The translations under genes and the position numbers were made by a program. 64,000 nucleotides of DNA from Spirochaetia bacterium (GTDB lineage Bacteria; Spirochaetota; Spirochaetia; UBA9216): positions 1,760,001 through 1,824,000 of the forward strand of contig CAXXYH010000004.1 of NCBI GenBank assembly GCA_963677925.2, in the 5' to 3' direction. Positions 19,291-28,551 of the stretch are shown here, piece after piece. Positions within the stretch are counted from its first letter, which is position 1. Every line of letters begins with the position of its first letter. The notes beneath the pieces were generated by a model. It had not been told where the DNA came from, did no database searches, and saw nothing but the letters and a program-made list of their open reading frames with translations.

Positions 19291-19322
19291 AAGGAGGAAC
19301 CTTTCAGATTCCTCCTTTTTTT
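19291..19322 (+). terminator. Rho-independent terminator closing the permease operon
   Basis: AAGGAGGAA-loop-TTCCTCCTT plus T run. Confidence 0.85.
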
Positions 19323-19395
19323 ATATAAAGTTGATTACCATCACGGAATCGTTTTGTGAAAATGCTGCTGCATCGCTTGGATAAATTCAGGGAAG

Positions 19396-19424
19396 TTGAA
19401 ATAATAACTGAATTTATATACTAT
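19396..19424 (+). promoter_or_regulatory. argH promoter with overlapping ARG-box-like site
   Basis: TTGAAA-N17-TACTAT; ACTGAATTTATATACTAT (19407-19424) resembles WNTGAATWWWWATTCANW. Confidence 0.5.
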
Positions 19425-19447
19425 GTGACAAAATTCGGGAGAGTAAA

Positions 19448-20812
19448 ATGGCAAAACTTTGGCAGAAAAATTATGAACTCAATGAACTTGTTGAAAAATT
19501 TACGGTAGGTCTGGACTACCAGCTTGATATTGCGCTGGTTCCATCTGACTGCGTCGCAAGTATTGCCCAGGCCCGGATGCTTCATTCGATAGATATTCTC
19601 ACAGCAGATGATCTTGAAAAGCTGGAAAAAGGTCTGAATGAGATAATCGGTCTCCAGAAGGGCGGTAAGTTCCATATTCAGCGTTCTGATGAGGACTGTC
19701 ATACGGCGATAGAAAATCATCTGATCAGCAGCATAGGAGAGGCCGGTAAAAAGATTCATACCGGACGTTCCCGGAACGACCAGGTTCAGACCGCTCTTCG
19801 AATGTTCTCAAGGGCTGCTGTTCTTGACCTGATTGAACGCGGAACCTCTCTTGTCGAAACAATCCTTGATTTTGCAAAAGCCAACAGTTCTGTCCCCATG
19901 CCCGGACGTACCCATATGCAGATAGCAATGCCGTCTTCGGTAGGGCTCTGGGCTGCGGCCTGGGCTGAAGAGCTTGTAGACAGCCTGAAAAACCTTGCAT
20001 CCATATATACCCTTGTAAATCAGTGTCCTCTCGGTGCTGCAGCAGGTTACGGAACTCCGCTTCCGCTTAACCGTGAAATGACAGCAGAACTTATGGGCTT
20101 TGCCAAAGTGCAGAATAATGTCATATATGTCAATAATTCACGCGGAAGGCTTGAATCGCTTGTTCTGAATGCCCTTGAGCATTCCGTACTTGTGCTAAGC
20201 AGCGCTGCACAGGATCTTATTCTATTTTCACTGCCCGAGTTCGGCTATTTCAGCCTTCCTGCAGAGCTCTGTACAGGTTCCAGTATTATGCCGCAGAAGA
20301 AGAATCCAGACGGGCTTGAGCTGATGCGTGCCAAATCAGCAGCCCTGTCTTCATATTCGATGAATGTTAAGCAGATTGTCCGCTCACTGCCTTCAGGTTA
20401 TAACCGTGATTTTCAGGAAACAAAGGAACCATACCTCAGGGGGATTGATCTTGCCGGTCAGTGCTTTGATATAATGAATCTTACTTTCTCAAAACTGATT
20501 GTTAATGAAGAGAATCTTCTTAAAGGTTTTTCACCTGATATTTTTGCTACAGATGCAGCATATGAGCTCGTTGACAGCGGAATGAGTTTCCGTGATGCCT
20601 ATAGAGAGGTCGGTCTGAATCTTGAAAAGTATGGTGATATGGATGCCTCGGATGTGAACAAATCGCGGATAAGCACCGGCACTGCCGGAAACCTCAATCT
20701 TGAGGCGGCTGTAAAAGAAAACAGCCTGCTTAAAGAACAGGCTGCTGCTGAGAAATCAGTACTTGATGCTGCAGTTGCAGCTCTCTGCGGAACTGCAGTC
20801 AGTTTATTGTAA
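19448..20812 (+). CDS. argH: Argininosuccinate lyase
   Basis: HTGRSRNDQ, PGRTHMQ and the GSSIMPQKKNPD signature. Confidence 0.95.
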   Translation: MAKLWQKNYELNELVEKFTVGLDYQLDIALVPSDCVASIAQARMLHSIDILTADDLEKLEKGLNEIIGLQKGGKFHIQRSDEDCHTAIENHLISSIGEAGKKIHTGRSRNDQVQTALRMFSRAAVLDLIERGTSLVETILDFAKANSSVPMPGRTHMQIAMPSSVGLWAAAWAEELVDSLKNLASIYTLVNQCPLGAAAGYGTPLPLNREMTAELMGFAKVQNNVIYVNNSRGRLESLVLNALEHSVLVLSSAAQDLILFSLPEFGYFSLPAELCTGSSIMPQKKNPDGLELMRAKSAALSSYSMNVKQIVRSLPSGYNRDFQETKEPYLRGIDLAGQCFDIMNLTFSKLIVNEENLLKGFSPDIFATDAAYELVDSGMSFRDAYREVGLNLEKYGDMDASDVNKSRISTGTAGNLNLEAAVKENSLLKEQAAAEKSVLDAAVAALCGTAVSLL

Positions 20813-20855
20813 TAAAATAGACAGTAAGAGCGGGTGCTTTTACTGTCTTTTCATT

Positions 20856-22526
20856 TTAATCTTCGTAATTCTGCTTCATCGACTCCGCTATATTAAGCGA
20901 ATAATCTCCGATATGCTCCATATGCTTGACTATATCAAGGTAGAGAAGCTCGGCCTTTACGTCTGAGCCGCCCTGTATTCTTTTTCTGGCTTCCTTGTTG
21001 AGCGCTTTTCGCTGTTTATCGACTTTTTCTTCAAATTTCACTGCAGCTTCCATGTTTTCTGCTGTGAACTCGTGATCCATGCTGTTCTTGATTAGCGTCA
21101 GAAAGTCTTCAACTGTTTTAGATATAGGTTTTAGTGCTGTAACAGCCTTTTCTTCTAACTGAATATCCTTGTTATAGCGTTTTTCTGATAGAAGGAGCAG
21201 GTTGAAGCAGCTGTCTCCGATACTCTCAAGCTCGTTGACAATCCTCATCATGCAGGTTGCAGATTTCATACCCGACTCATTAAGGCCTTCGCTTATACAG
21301 TCCACCAGATATGCTGAAATCTGTTCCTGCATCTGGTCTGTCAAATCTTCCATATCTTTCAGCTTCTTTATCTCTTTTCCCAGCTTTTTATCCGGTTTGT
21401 TAAAGATATCAAGAAAGCGCAGATACATTTCTTCGACAATCTCAGTCATCTTCTTAATTTCAACTCTTACCTTGATAAGGTTAATCTCTGCAGTATCCTG
21501 CAGGCTCGTTGAGATATACTTCAGAGAGTAGTTCTGCGGAACTTCGTTTTTATCCTCAGGAACCAGTTTTCGTATGACTGCTGCATACTGCGGAACAAAC
21601 CATACAAATACCAGAGTGTTGAGTATGTTGAAAAGAGTATGAAACATGGCAAGATGCTCAGGAACGCTTACTCCGGCAGAAGGATCGCCGGGAACTATAA
21701 GGTCGACAATGTGCAGGAAGGGCTTGAATACGATAATTACTACAAGCGCACCAAACAGGTTAAACAGAATATGCGCCCTTGAGGCCCGTTTTGCATTAGT
21801 GTTTGTTCCAATGGCTGCAAGATATGCAGTAACGGTTGTTCCGATGTTTGAACCGATAATAAGAGATGCTGCTGATGAATAATCAATCCAGCCTGAGTAG
21901 GCCATTGTAAGAGTTATTGCCATCGATGCCGATGAAGACTGGATTACGACAGTAAGAATTGTACCAACCGCAATGAAAAGCAGGTTTGAAAGGACTCCGA
22001 GATCAGTAAAATGCCTCAGGAATTCAAGGTATTCGGGATGATGCTTAATATCGGGTACTGAATCTTTCAGAAAGTCCAGTCCGAGAAATAGTACACCGAA
22101 ACCAATCAGTACTTCTCCAAGGTCCTGCTTGCCGAGTTTTTTCGCAAAAACCAGCGGCAGTCCGATGCCGATTGCAGGAAGGGCAATTGTCGTAATGCTG
22201 AATTTAAAACCGATAAGGGCTACAATCCAGCCTGTTACTGTAGTACCGATATTGGCACCCATGATAACGCCGATTGACTGTTCAAGTGTAAGCAGTCCCG
22301 CATTAACAAAGGAAACAACCATTACAGTTGTAGCCGATGATGACTGAACAATTGAAGTTACCGCAAAACCGGTAATTACGGCAGCAAAACGATTTATGGT
22401 CATATAATTCAGAACTTTCTGCAGTCCGTCGCCTGCAGTTCTCTGAATTCCGTCACTCATTACCTTCATGCCGTATAAAAACAGGCCGAGGCTTCCCAGA
22501 ATTTTCAATAGTGAATATATAAACAT
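20856..22526 (-). CDS. Na/Pi cotransporter (NptA/YjbB family) with C-terminal PhoU-like domains
   Basis: Two QSSS motifs and GANIGTT/GSNIGTT; C-terminal ELESIGD/HMEHIGD. Confidence 0.92.
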   Translation of the reverse strand: MFIYSLLKILGSLGLFLYGMKVMSDGIQRTAGDGLQKVLNYMTINRFAAVITGFAVTSIVQSSSATTVMVVSFVNAGLLTLEQSIGVIMGANIGTTVTGWIVALIGFKFSITTIALPAIGIGLPLVFAKKLGKQDLGEVLIGFGVLFLGLDFLKDSVPDIKHHPEYLEFLRHFTDLGVLSNLLFIAVGTILTVVIQSSSASMAITLTMAYSGWIDYSSAASLIIGSNIGTTVTAYLAAIGTNTNAKRASRAHILFNLFGALVVIIVFKPFLHIVDLIVPGDPSAGVSVPEHLAMFHTLFNILNTLVFVWFVPQYAAVIRKLVPEDKNEVPQNYSLKYISTSLQDTAEINLIKVRVEIKKMTEIVEEMYLRFLDIFNKPDKKLGKEIKKLKDMEDLTDQMQEQISAYLVDCISEGLNESGMKSATCMMRIVNELESIGDSCFNLLLLSEKRYNKDIQLEEKAVTALKPISKTVEDFLTLIKNSMDHEFTAENMEAAVKFEEKVDKQRKALNKEARKRIQGGSDVKAELLYLDIVKHMEHIGDYSLNIAESMKQNYED

Positions 22527-22569
22527 AGCTTTATTAGTTTTCTAACAGTATTCTAGCAAAAAGTACAGG

Positions 22570-22637
22570 GAGAAAAGTCTAAAAACCGGGGTTTTTAGAC
22601 TTTTCTCGGAAGTTTAGAAACTGTGTTTCTAAACTTC
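22570..22637. repeat. Pair of adjacent related perfect palindromes (REP-like)
   Basis: 17-bp stem GAGAAAAGTCTAAAAAC/GTTTTTAGACTTTTCTC (22570-22607) and 13-bp stem GAAGTTTAGAAAC/GTTTCTAAACTTC (22609-22637). Confidence 0.75.
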
Positions 22638-22704
22638 ATGATCCTGCTCTGTATGCTGTGAATATATATAGAATTATCCCGATAAAAATACCGGCTGCTA
22701 TTGA

Positions 22705-23997
22705 ATGCCATTCAACAAAAATGTTAGAGTCAGGTATCAAATTCTGGTGGTTTCTATGGTATTCACAAGGTCGTCTCTGCTAGGGGTCATTGCATGTCCC
22801 GGTGCGGAAAAGATTTCGAGCGAGATCATATCAAATCTTAAATCAATATATCTGAAGTATTATAAGAAGACTACAGACTCACTTGTATCTAGATATGATT
22901 ATTCACGTGATGATGTCGTGAGAAATATTAACTTTATAAATGAACTGACTTCGGCAAAGGGTTCCAGAAACCGTGATGTTACGAAGTATAAAGCCCCGTC
23001 CTATCAGATTCCAGTGAAGTTTACACGCTTCGCAAACGGTGAAGTTAAGTCTGAGATTCAGACTTCTATCCGTGATATGGATATTTATATCGTTCAGGAT
23101 TTAGCTAACCAGTATCCGCTTGATATAAATGGATGCAGTGAGAAGTGCGCTCTTTCTGTAAACGATCATCTGATGATTCTCTTTACTACTATTGATGCTG
23201 TCATCGGTGCCGGAGCAAAGAGCGTAACTCTTGTTATTCCAACCTATCCCTACAGCCGTCAGCACAAAAAGAAGGGAAGGGAAGCGCTTACAGCAGCCTG
23301 GTTCGGCAGGACCTGTGAGCTTATGGGTGTTTCAAGGATAATTACACTTGATATTCACTCAAAAGCTATTGAAAACTGCTTTCAGTCTCTTCATCTTGAA
23401 AATCTTCATGCTTCATATCAGATTATCCGGGCTTTGAGTGAACTCGTTGATTTTTCCAGGGATGATCTTGTTGTGGTATCTCCGGATACAGGAGCTGTTG
23501 ACCGGAATAAATACTTTGCAGGAACCCTTAAAAAACCGCTTGCTATGATTTACAAGGAGCGCGATTATTCCCAGGTCTCTGCAAATGCCAGTGAATCCAA
23601 TATTACTACAACCAAACTTCTTGGTGATGTAAGAGGGAAGATAGTCTTCATGGCCGATGACATGCTCGGAACCGGCGGAACCCTTATAAAAGCAATGGAA
23701 ATGCTGAAAGAGATGGGTGCTGAGAAGATTATCTGTGCGATAAGCCTTCCCCTGTTTACCGGTGATGCTGCTGAAGACTTTGAGAAAGCTTATAAAGAAG
23801 GGCTTTTTTACAGGATAATCGGTACGAATTCTGTATATCATACCTCTAATCTGATGGACAGGGAGTGGTATGTTTCGGCATCTATCAGCGAACTTTTTGC
23901 AAGAACCATCTCAAGGGTTCATCATGGTAATTCTCTCAGTTCGCTTCTTGATAATTCAAAAATAATCAGCAGACACCTTACTCATGAGCATGAGTAA
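22705..23997 (+). CDS. prs: Ribose-phosphate pyrophosphokinase (long spirochaete-type); true start may be ATG at 22756
   Basis: FANGE, YPYSRQ, LDIHS, VSPDTG, DDMLGTGGT. Confidence 0.92.
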   Translation: MPFNKNVRVRYQILVVSMVFTRSSLLGVIACPGAEKISSEIISNLKSIYLKYYKKTTDSLVSRYDYSRDDVVRNINFINELTSAKGSRNRDVTKYKAPSYQIPVKFTRFANGEVKSEIQTSIRDMDIYIVQDLANQYPLDINGCSEKCALSVNDHLMILFTTIDAVIGAGAKSVTLVIPTYPYSRQHKKKGREALTAAWFGRTCELMGVSRIITLDIHSKAIENCFQSLHLENLHASYQIIRALSELVDFSRDDLVVVSPDTGAVDRNKYFAGTLKKPLAMIYKERDYSQVSANASESNITTTKLLGDVRGKIVFMADDMLGTGGTLIKAMEMLKEMGAEKIICAISLPLFTGDAAEDFEKAYKEGLFYRIIGTNSVYHTSNLMDREWYVSASISELFARTISRVHHGNSLSSLLDNSKIISRHLTHEHE

Positions 23998-24000
23998 GGC

Positions 24001-24801
24001 TTAAAGATATTTCTTGGGCTCCTCATCCTTTACTGAAGCCACAAGCTCTATGTAGGGTTTGAGGGGGCTTGAATTGATTTTTCTGAAAAGAACTTCCTCT
24101 ATCTGATAGAATCCGACAGATTCAGTCATCTCAACATCGATTCTAATGGGTCTTTCATCACCTTCGGTGATTTTAACCTTTTCAATGGCAGCTGCAGAAT
24201 ATTTGTGTATATCGCCGACCTTCGATTCAGTTTCTATCATCATCGGGATTCTTGCCCGGCCCTTTTCCATATCCAGACCGTCAGCTATCAGAAGAAGTCC
24301 GGCTTCAAGCGAGTGGATCCTCTGGTTGCCCATGTGTCCGGCAATGCATTCAATAGTAACAGAACGGATAATGATCTTTTTTTCTATATTATCTCCATAA
24401 ACATGGTTCAGGATTCTGTCTATAACCGGCATAGATAGAAATACCGAAGAATGCTCATGGTCCTGCCGTCCGACGGTCATTCCTGTGTCATGCAGAAAAG
24501 AGGCAAGCATTAATGCAGTAAGGCTGTCTTCATACTCGCCGGCTTCCTCATCCTCAAGGTTGAACTTTATACCCTTCTTTTTGAGTATTTCGGCCATTGT
24601 TACAGCATTAAGAGCTACCTTTCTCATGTGAACGGGCCCGTGGTCATTGAAGTTCAGTCGTTTAATTGAAACAGTATTTGCATATTCCTGCAGCGTTTTT
24701 ATTTCAGAATCATTAATCATATATTCAACTGCCGCAAGCGGTTTTCCGCTCAGGTTTTTTATAATTTTTTTATCAAGTGCACTTTCTTTAGGTGATTTCA
24801 T
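24001..24801 (-). CDS. HD-domain phosphohydrolase
   Basis: NDHGPVH...LHDTG...H...ADGLD HD-superfamily motif. Confidence 0.85.
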   Translation of the reverse strand: MKSPKESALDKKIIKNLSGKPLAAVEYMINDSEIKTLQEYANTVSIKRLNFNDHGPVHMRKVALNAVTMAEILKKKGIKFNLEDEEAGEYEDSLTALMLASFLHDTGMTVGRQDHEHSSVFLSMPVIDRILNHVYGDNIEKKIIIRSVTIECIAGHMGNQRIHSLEAGLLLIADGLDMEKGRARIPMMIETESKVGDIHKYSAAAIEKVKITEGDERPIRIDVEMTESVGFYQIEEVLFRKINSSPLKPYIELVASVKDEEPKKYL

Positions 24802-24872
24802 AGTTGCTCCTTTGTTGTAAATATACTAAGATTTAAGCTCATCGGATAGCGACAGAATTGGCATAAATCCTA

Positions 24873-24901
24873 TTGACAAAAAAAAATATCTTTGTTACCT
24901 T
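24873..24901 (+). promoter_or_regulatory. sigma70 promoter of the tRNA-Thr/rpmG operon
   Basis: TTGACA-N17-TACCTT with extended -10 TG. Confidence 0.65.
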
Positions 24902-24917
24902 TCTGCCACTGCTTAAT

Positions 24918-24990
24918 GCCTCTGTAGCTCAGTCGGTAGAGCACCACCATGGTAAGGTGGGGGTCCCCGGTTCAAGTCCGGGCGGAGGCT
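24918..24990 (+). tRNA. tRNA-Thr(GGT)
   Basis: Cloverleaf GCCTCTG...ATGGTAA...TTCAAGT...CGGAGGCT. Confidence 0.95.
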
Positions 24991-25018
24991 ATACTAGTGA
25001 AAATAGGAGATGCTTTAA

Positions 25019-25195
25019 ATGGCTAAAAAAAATAAAGGTGCTGTAGAGCTTATAGCGCTGAAATGTGAAGAATGCAATCGCCGTAATTATACTACAAAAA
25101 AGAACAGGCGAAATATGCAGGGAAAACTCGAGCTTATGAAGTACTGTAAGTGGGATAATAAGCATACTCTTCATAAGGAATCAAAAATTAAGTAA
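25019..25195 (+). CDS. rpmG: 50S ribosomal protein L33
   Basis: Not in ORF track; [32 protein letters not shown]...[14 protein letters not shown]. Confidence 0.95.
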   Translation: MAKKNKGAVELIALKCEECNRRNYTTKKNRRNMQGKLELMKYCKWDNKHTLHKESKIK

Positions 25196-25204
25196 ATTAT
25201 ATAC

Positions 25205-25278
25205 AGGCCAGTAGCTCCAACGGCTAGAGCGCCGGTCTCCAAAACCGGATGTTGTAGGTTCGAATCCTACCTGGCCTG
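25205..25278 (+). tRNA. tRNA-Trp(CCA)
   Basis: Cloverleaf AGGCCAG...CTCCAAA...TTCGAAT...CTGGCCTG; conserved rpmG-tRNA-Trp-secE position. Confidence 0.95.
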
Positions 25279-25309
25279 TATTTTTTTTTATATTAAGCGG
25301 GAGCCCTAA

Positions 25310-25492
25310 GTGAAAAAGATTGTCCAGTTTTTTAAAGAAAGTGTCTCTGAACTCAAAAAAGTATCATGGCCCAGCAGGGAAGATGTACTCGCTTCAACCA
25401 AGGTTGTCGTTGTGTCGGTTGTAATCTTTGCAGTTGTTCTGGGACTTGTGGATTTTCTGCTTGTTTCAGGGATCGATAAGCTTTTCAGTTAG
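25310..25492 (+). CDS. secE: Preprotein translocase subunit SecE
   Basis: ELKKVSWP plus a single TM; lies before nusG. Confidence 0.95.
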   Translation: MKKIVQFFKESVSELKKVSWPSREDVLASTKVVVVSVVIFAVVLGLVDFLLVSGIDKLFS

Positions 25493-25623
25493 GGTTTGCG
25501 GGGTACGCTCCGCTGCTTCGTACAAAGTTAAATATTCTTAAGAATCAGGCTGTGTTCAGAAAAAAGATCTGCAACGCAGTCTTTTCTGGTTTTCCGGAAT
25601 GTTTGCTGCAGGAAGGGTAAGTT

Positions 25624-26178
25624 ATGGCTAAAGGCTGGTATGTTGTTCACACGTACTCCGGTTACGAAAATAAGGTAGAGAAATACATCAGGCTTCTAAT
25701 GGAGGAAGAAGAGCTCAAGGATAAAATTCTTGATATCAAAGTTCCTGCTGAAGATGTTGTTGAGATAAAAGACGGTAAGAAGAGAATTTCTTCAAAGAAA
25801 TTTCTTCCCGGTTATATTCTGGTGGAGATGGATCTTCCTGATGTCAGATGGGAAGCTGTCTGTTCAAAGATTAGGGTTATTCAGGGTGTTACCGGCTTTG
25901 TCGGTGCTCAGAAAGGTTTTAAACCTCAGCCGATCAGTCAGGATGAAGCAAGAGCTATCCTGCAGAAGACTGGTGAGATTAAATCCGACAGGGTTCTGAA
26001 GCCTAAGCAGTCTTACGCTGTGGGCGAAACAATCAGGATTATTGACGGTCCTTTTGATACTTTTACCGGTTCAATAGAAGAAATTAATCTGGAAAAAGGA
26101 AAGCTTAAGGTTATGGTCGGCATTTTCGGCCGTGCTACACCTGTAGAGCTTGATTTTCTTCAGGTTGAAAAATTATAG
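25624..26178 (+). CDS. nusG: Transcription termination/antitermination factor NusG
   Basis: [20 protein letters not shown] domain. Confidence 0.97.
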   Translation: MAKGWYVVHTYSGYENKVEKYIRLLMEEEELKDKILDIKVPAEDVVEIKDGKKRISSKKFLPGYILVEMDLPDVRWEAVCSKIRVIQGVTGFVGAQKGFKPQPISQDEARAILQKTGEIKSDRVLKPKQSYAVGETIRIIDGPFDTFTGSIEEINLEKGKLKVMVGIFGRATPVELDFLQVEKL

Positions 26179-26199
26179 ATAATTCCCGTTAGGGAAGAG

Positions 26200-26243
26200 G
26201 ATGGGAGTGGTGTCCGGGAGACGGACATCGCGTTAATACCACG
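26200..26243 (+). promoter_or_regulatory. Putative L1-binding autoregulatory leader of rplK-rplA
   Basis: TGGGAG-[stem GTGTCCG/CGGACAT]-TAATACCAC just upstream of the rplK SD, resembling known L1 mRNA targets. Confidence 0.55.
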
Positions 26244-26257
26244 AAGGAGTTTTTTAA

Positions 26258-26689
26258 ATGGCAAAGAAAAAGGTTACGGGCTACATCAAGCTCCAGGTGC
26301 CTGCCGGAAAGGCTACTCCGGCTCCGCCAGTTGGGCCCGCATTAGGTCCTCATGGTGTTTCAGCACCTACTTTTGTTCAGCAGTTTAATGATAAGACCAA
26401 GAATCTTGAACCGGGTCTTACTGTTCCTGTTGTTATTACGGTATATGCTGATAAGTCTTTTACTTTTATCACAAAGACACCGCCGGCAGCTGTTCTTATT
26501 AAGAAAGCCTGCGGTATCGCAAGCGGTTCAGCTGAACCTCACAAGGTTAAAGTTGCAAAAATCAAACGTGCTCAGGTTAAAGAAATTGCAGAGCTGAAAA
26601 TGCCTGACCTGAACGCAAACGATATTGATGCAGCTATGAGCATTATTGCCGGTACAGCAAGAAGCATGGGTATAGAGGTGGAGGACTGA
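26258..26689 (+). CDS. rplK: 50S ribosomal protein L11
   Basis: [12 protein letters not shown]; synteny. Confidence 0.97.
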   Translation: MAKKKVTGYIKLQVPAGKATPAPPVGPALGPHGVSAPTFVQQFNDKTKNLEPGLTVPVVITVYADKSFTFITKTPPAAVLIKKACGIASGSAEPHKVKVAKIKRAQVKEIAELKMPDLNANDIDAAMSIIAGTARSMGIEVED

Positions 26690-26690
26690 G

Positions 26691-27371
26691 ATGAAACGCG
26701 GAAAAAAATATACCGAAGCTGCTAAAAAGTACGAAAAGCAGACATTATACAGTTATCCGGATGCAATCGGGCTTGTTAAAGATATGGCCTTTGCTAAATT
26801 TGACGAGACTGTAGAGCTTTCAGTTAAACTTAACCTTAAAAAGAGTCAGACTGTAAGAGATACTCTTGTTCTTCCTTTTCAGTTCAGCGGCGACAAGAAG
26901 ATTCTTGTTTTTGCTAAAGGCGATAAAGTAGAAGAGGCAAAGGAAGCTGGCGCTGCATATGTAGGTGATGATGATCTTATTGAAAAGATTAAGGGCGGAT
27001 GGCTTGATTTCGATGTTGCCGTTGCGACACCTGATATGATGAAAGATGTTGGACGTCTTGGTCCAATTCTTGGTCGAAGAGGTCTTATGCCTAACCCTAA
27101 GACTCAGACTGTTACTTTCGATATTAAAGGCGCTCTTGCTGAGCTTCAGAAGGGCCGTGTTGAATACAGGTCTGATAAGACCGGCGTTGTTCATCTTGCC
27201 ATTGGTAAGGTTTCAATGGAGCCGGCTAATATTGAAGAAAATGCAGTTCATGTAGTTTCTGAAATTGTTAAAAAGAAGCCCGCTGATACAAAGGGTGACT
27301 TTGTAAGAACTATTGCGCTTTCTTCCACTATGGGGCCCGGCGTCAAGGTTGATTTTAAGGACAAGCTTTAG
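26691..27371 (+). CDS. rplA: 50S ribosomal protein L1
   Basis: KFDETVE, GLMPNPK, STMGPG. Confidence 0.97.
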   Translation: MKRGKKYTEAAKKYEKQTLYSYPDAIGLVKDMAFAKFDETVELSVKLNLKKSQTVRDTLVLPFQFSGDKKILVFAKGDKVEEAKEAGAAYVGDDDLIEKIKGGWLDFDVAVATPDMMKDVGRLGPILGRRGLMPNPKTQTVTFDIKGALAELQKGRVEYRSDKTGVVHLAIGKVSMEPANIEENAVHVVSEIVKKKPADTKGDFVRTIALSSTMGPGVKVDFKDKL

Positions 27372-27388
27372 GCTGAAGGAGATTTGAA

Positions 27389-27931
27389 ATGACAGATGAA
27401 TTAGTTAAAATCCAGCCGGAGAAAGTCGAAGCTGTCAACGCGCTTAAAAGCGATTTCGAAGGTATAGATAATTTTATATTTACCGATTACCGTGGTCTTA
27501 CTGTTGAGCAGATCACAGAGCTCAGGACAAAGCTCAGAGCTTCAGGATCGGTTTATAAGGTAGTTAAGAACAGATTTGCCAAGATTGCACTTAAAGAACT
27601 TGGAAAGCCTGAGGTTGGTGAGCTTCTTGTTGGCCCAACAGCAGTCGTTCTTTCAGGTGAAGATGCCGGTGCTGCAGCAAAAGAGCTTTTTGCTTTTGCA
27701 AAAGACGCTCCGGTTGATGTGAAGGGCGGTCTTATAGGTACTGATGTTTTTGGTGCCAGTGAAATGGAGGCTTATTCCAAGCTTCCGACAAAACCGGAAC
27801 TTATTGCCAAACTTATGGGTACAATGAATGCTCCGGTTCAGAATTTTGTATACATTCTCAATGCTGTTCCGACAAAGTTTGTTCGCACACTGCAGGCAGT
27901 TGCAGACAAAAAGCAGGAACAGGGAGAATAG
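27389..27931 (+). CDS. rplJ: 50S ribosomal protein L10
   Basis: DYRGLTV, VVKN, GPTA. Confidence 0.96.
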   Translation: MTDELVKIQPEKVEAVNALKSDFEGIDNFIFTDYRGLTVEQITELRTKLRASGSVYKVVKNRFAKIALKELGKPEVGELLVGPTAVVLSGEDAGAAAKELFAFAKDAPVDVKGGLIGTDVFGASEMEAYSKLPTKPELIAKLMGTMNAPVQNFVYILNAVPTKFVRTLQAVADKKQEQGE

Positions 27932-28010
27932 TAATATTAAACGCGGCATTAGTCTTCATGGTAGCTCATGCTATTGCCGCATAAAAAATCTATTTTAAGG
28001 AGAAGGTAAT

Positions 28011-28391
28011 ATGGCTACAAAAGATGAAATTTTAGAAGCAATTGCTGGTATGACAGTACTTGAGCTCTCTGAGCTTATTACTGCCATGGAAGACAAATTC
28101 GGTGTTACTGCTGCTGCTCCTGTTGCAGTTGCCGCTGGTCCTGCTGCAGGTCCTGCTGCTGAAGCTGCTGAAGAGAAGACAGAGTTTGACGTAGTTCTTA
28201 AGGGTTTTGCTGACGGTCAGAAGATTGCAGTAATCAAAGAAGTACGCGGAATCACCGGCCTCGGTCTTAAAGAAGCAAAAGAGCTTGTTGAAGGCGGAGA
28301 GAAGGTACTTAAAGAAGGTGTTTCTAAAGAAGAAGCAGCTTCAATTAAGGAAAAACTTGAAGCAGCTGGCGCAACTATTGAAGTTAAATAG
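28011..28391 (+). CDS. rplL: 50S ribosomal protein L7/L12
   Basis: Ala-rich hinge, [16 protein letters not shown]. Confidence 0.97.
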   Translation: MATKDEILEAIAGMTVLELSELITAMEDKFGVTAAAPVAVAAGPAAGPAAEAAEEKTEFDVVLKGFADGQKIAVIKEVRGITGLGLKEAKELVEGGEKVLKEGVSKEEAASIKEKLEAAGATIEVK

Positions 28392-28427
28392 TCTGCCCAA
28401 GCAGAGTAACGGTAAAATATACTCGTT

Positions 28428-28459
28428 TAATCCACCGAAGGAATTCTTTCGGTGGATTA
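28428..28459 (+). terminator. Strong hairpin (terminator/attenuator) between rplL and rpoB
   Basis: TAATCCACCGAAG/TTTCGGTGGATTA stem with a weak U tract. Confidence 0.6.
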
Positions 28460-28551
28460 TCTGTATCTAAAAAGTTTTTCAGGCTGAAGCGTTCTTTTGA
28501 AGCTTTTTGTCTGAATATTGATTAACAGCTTCTTAAACCAGGGGGGTGGTG

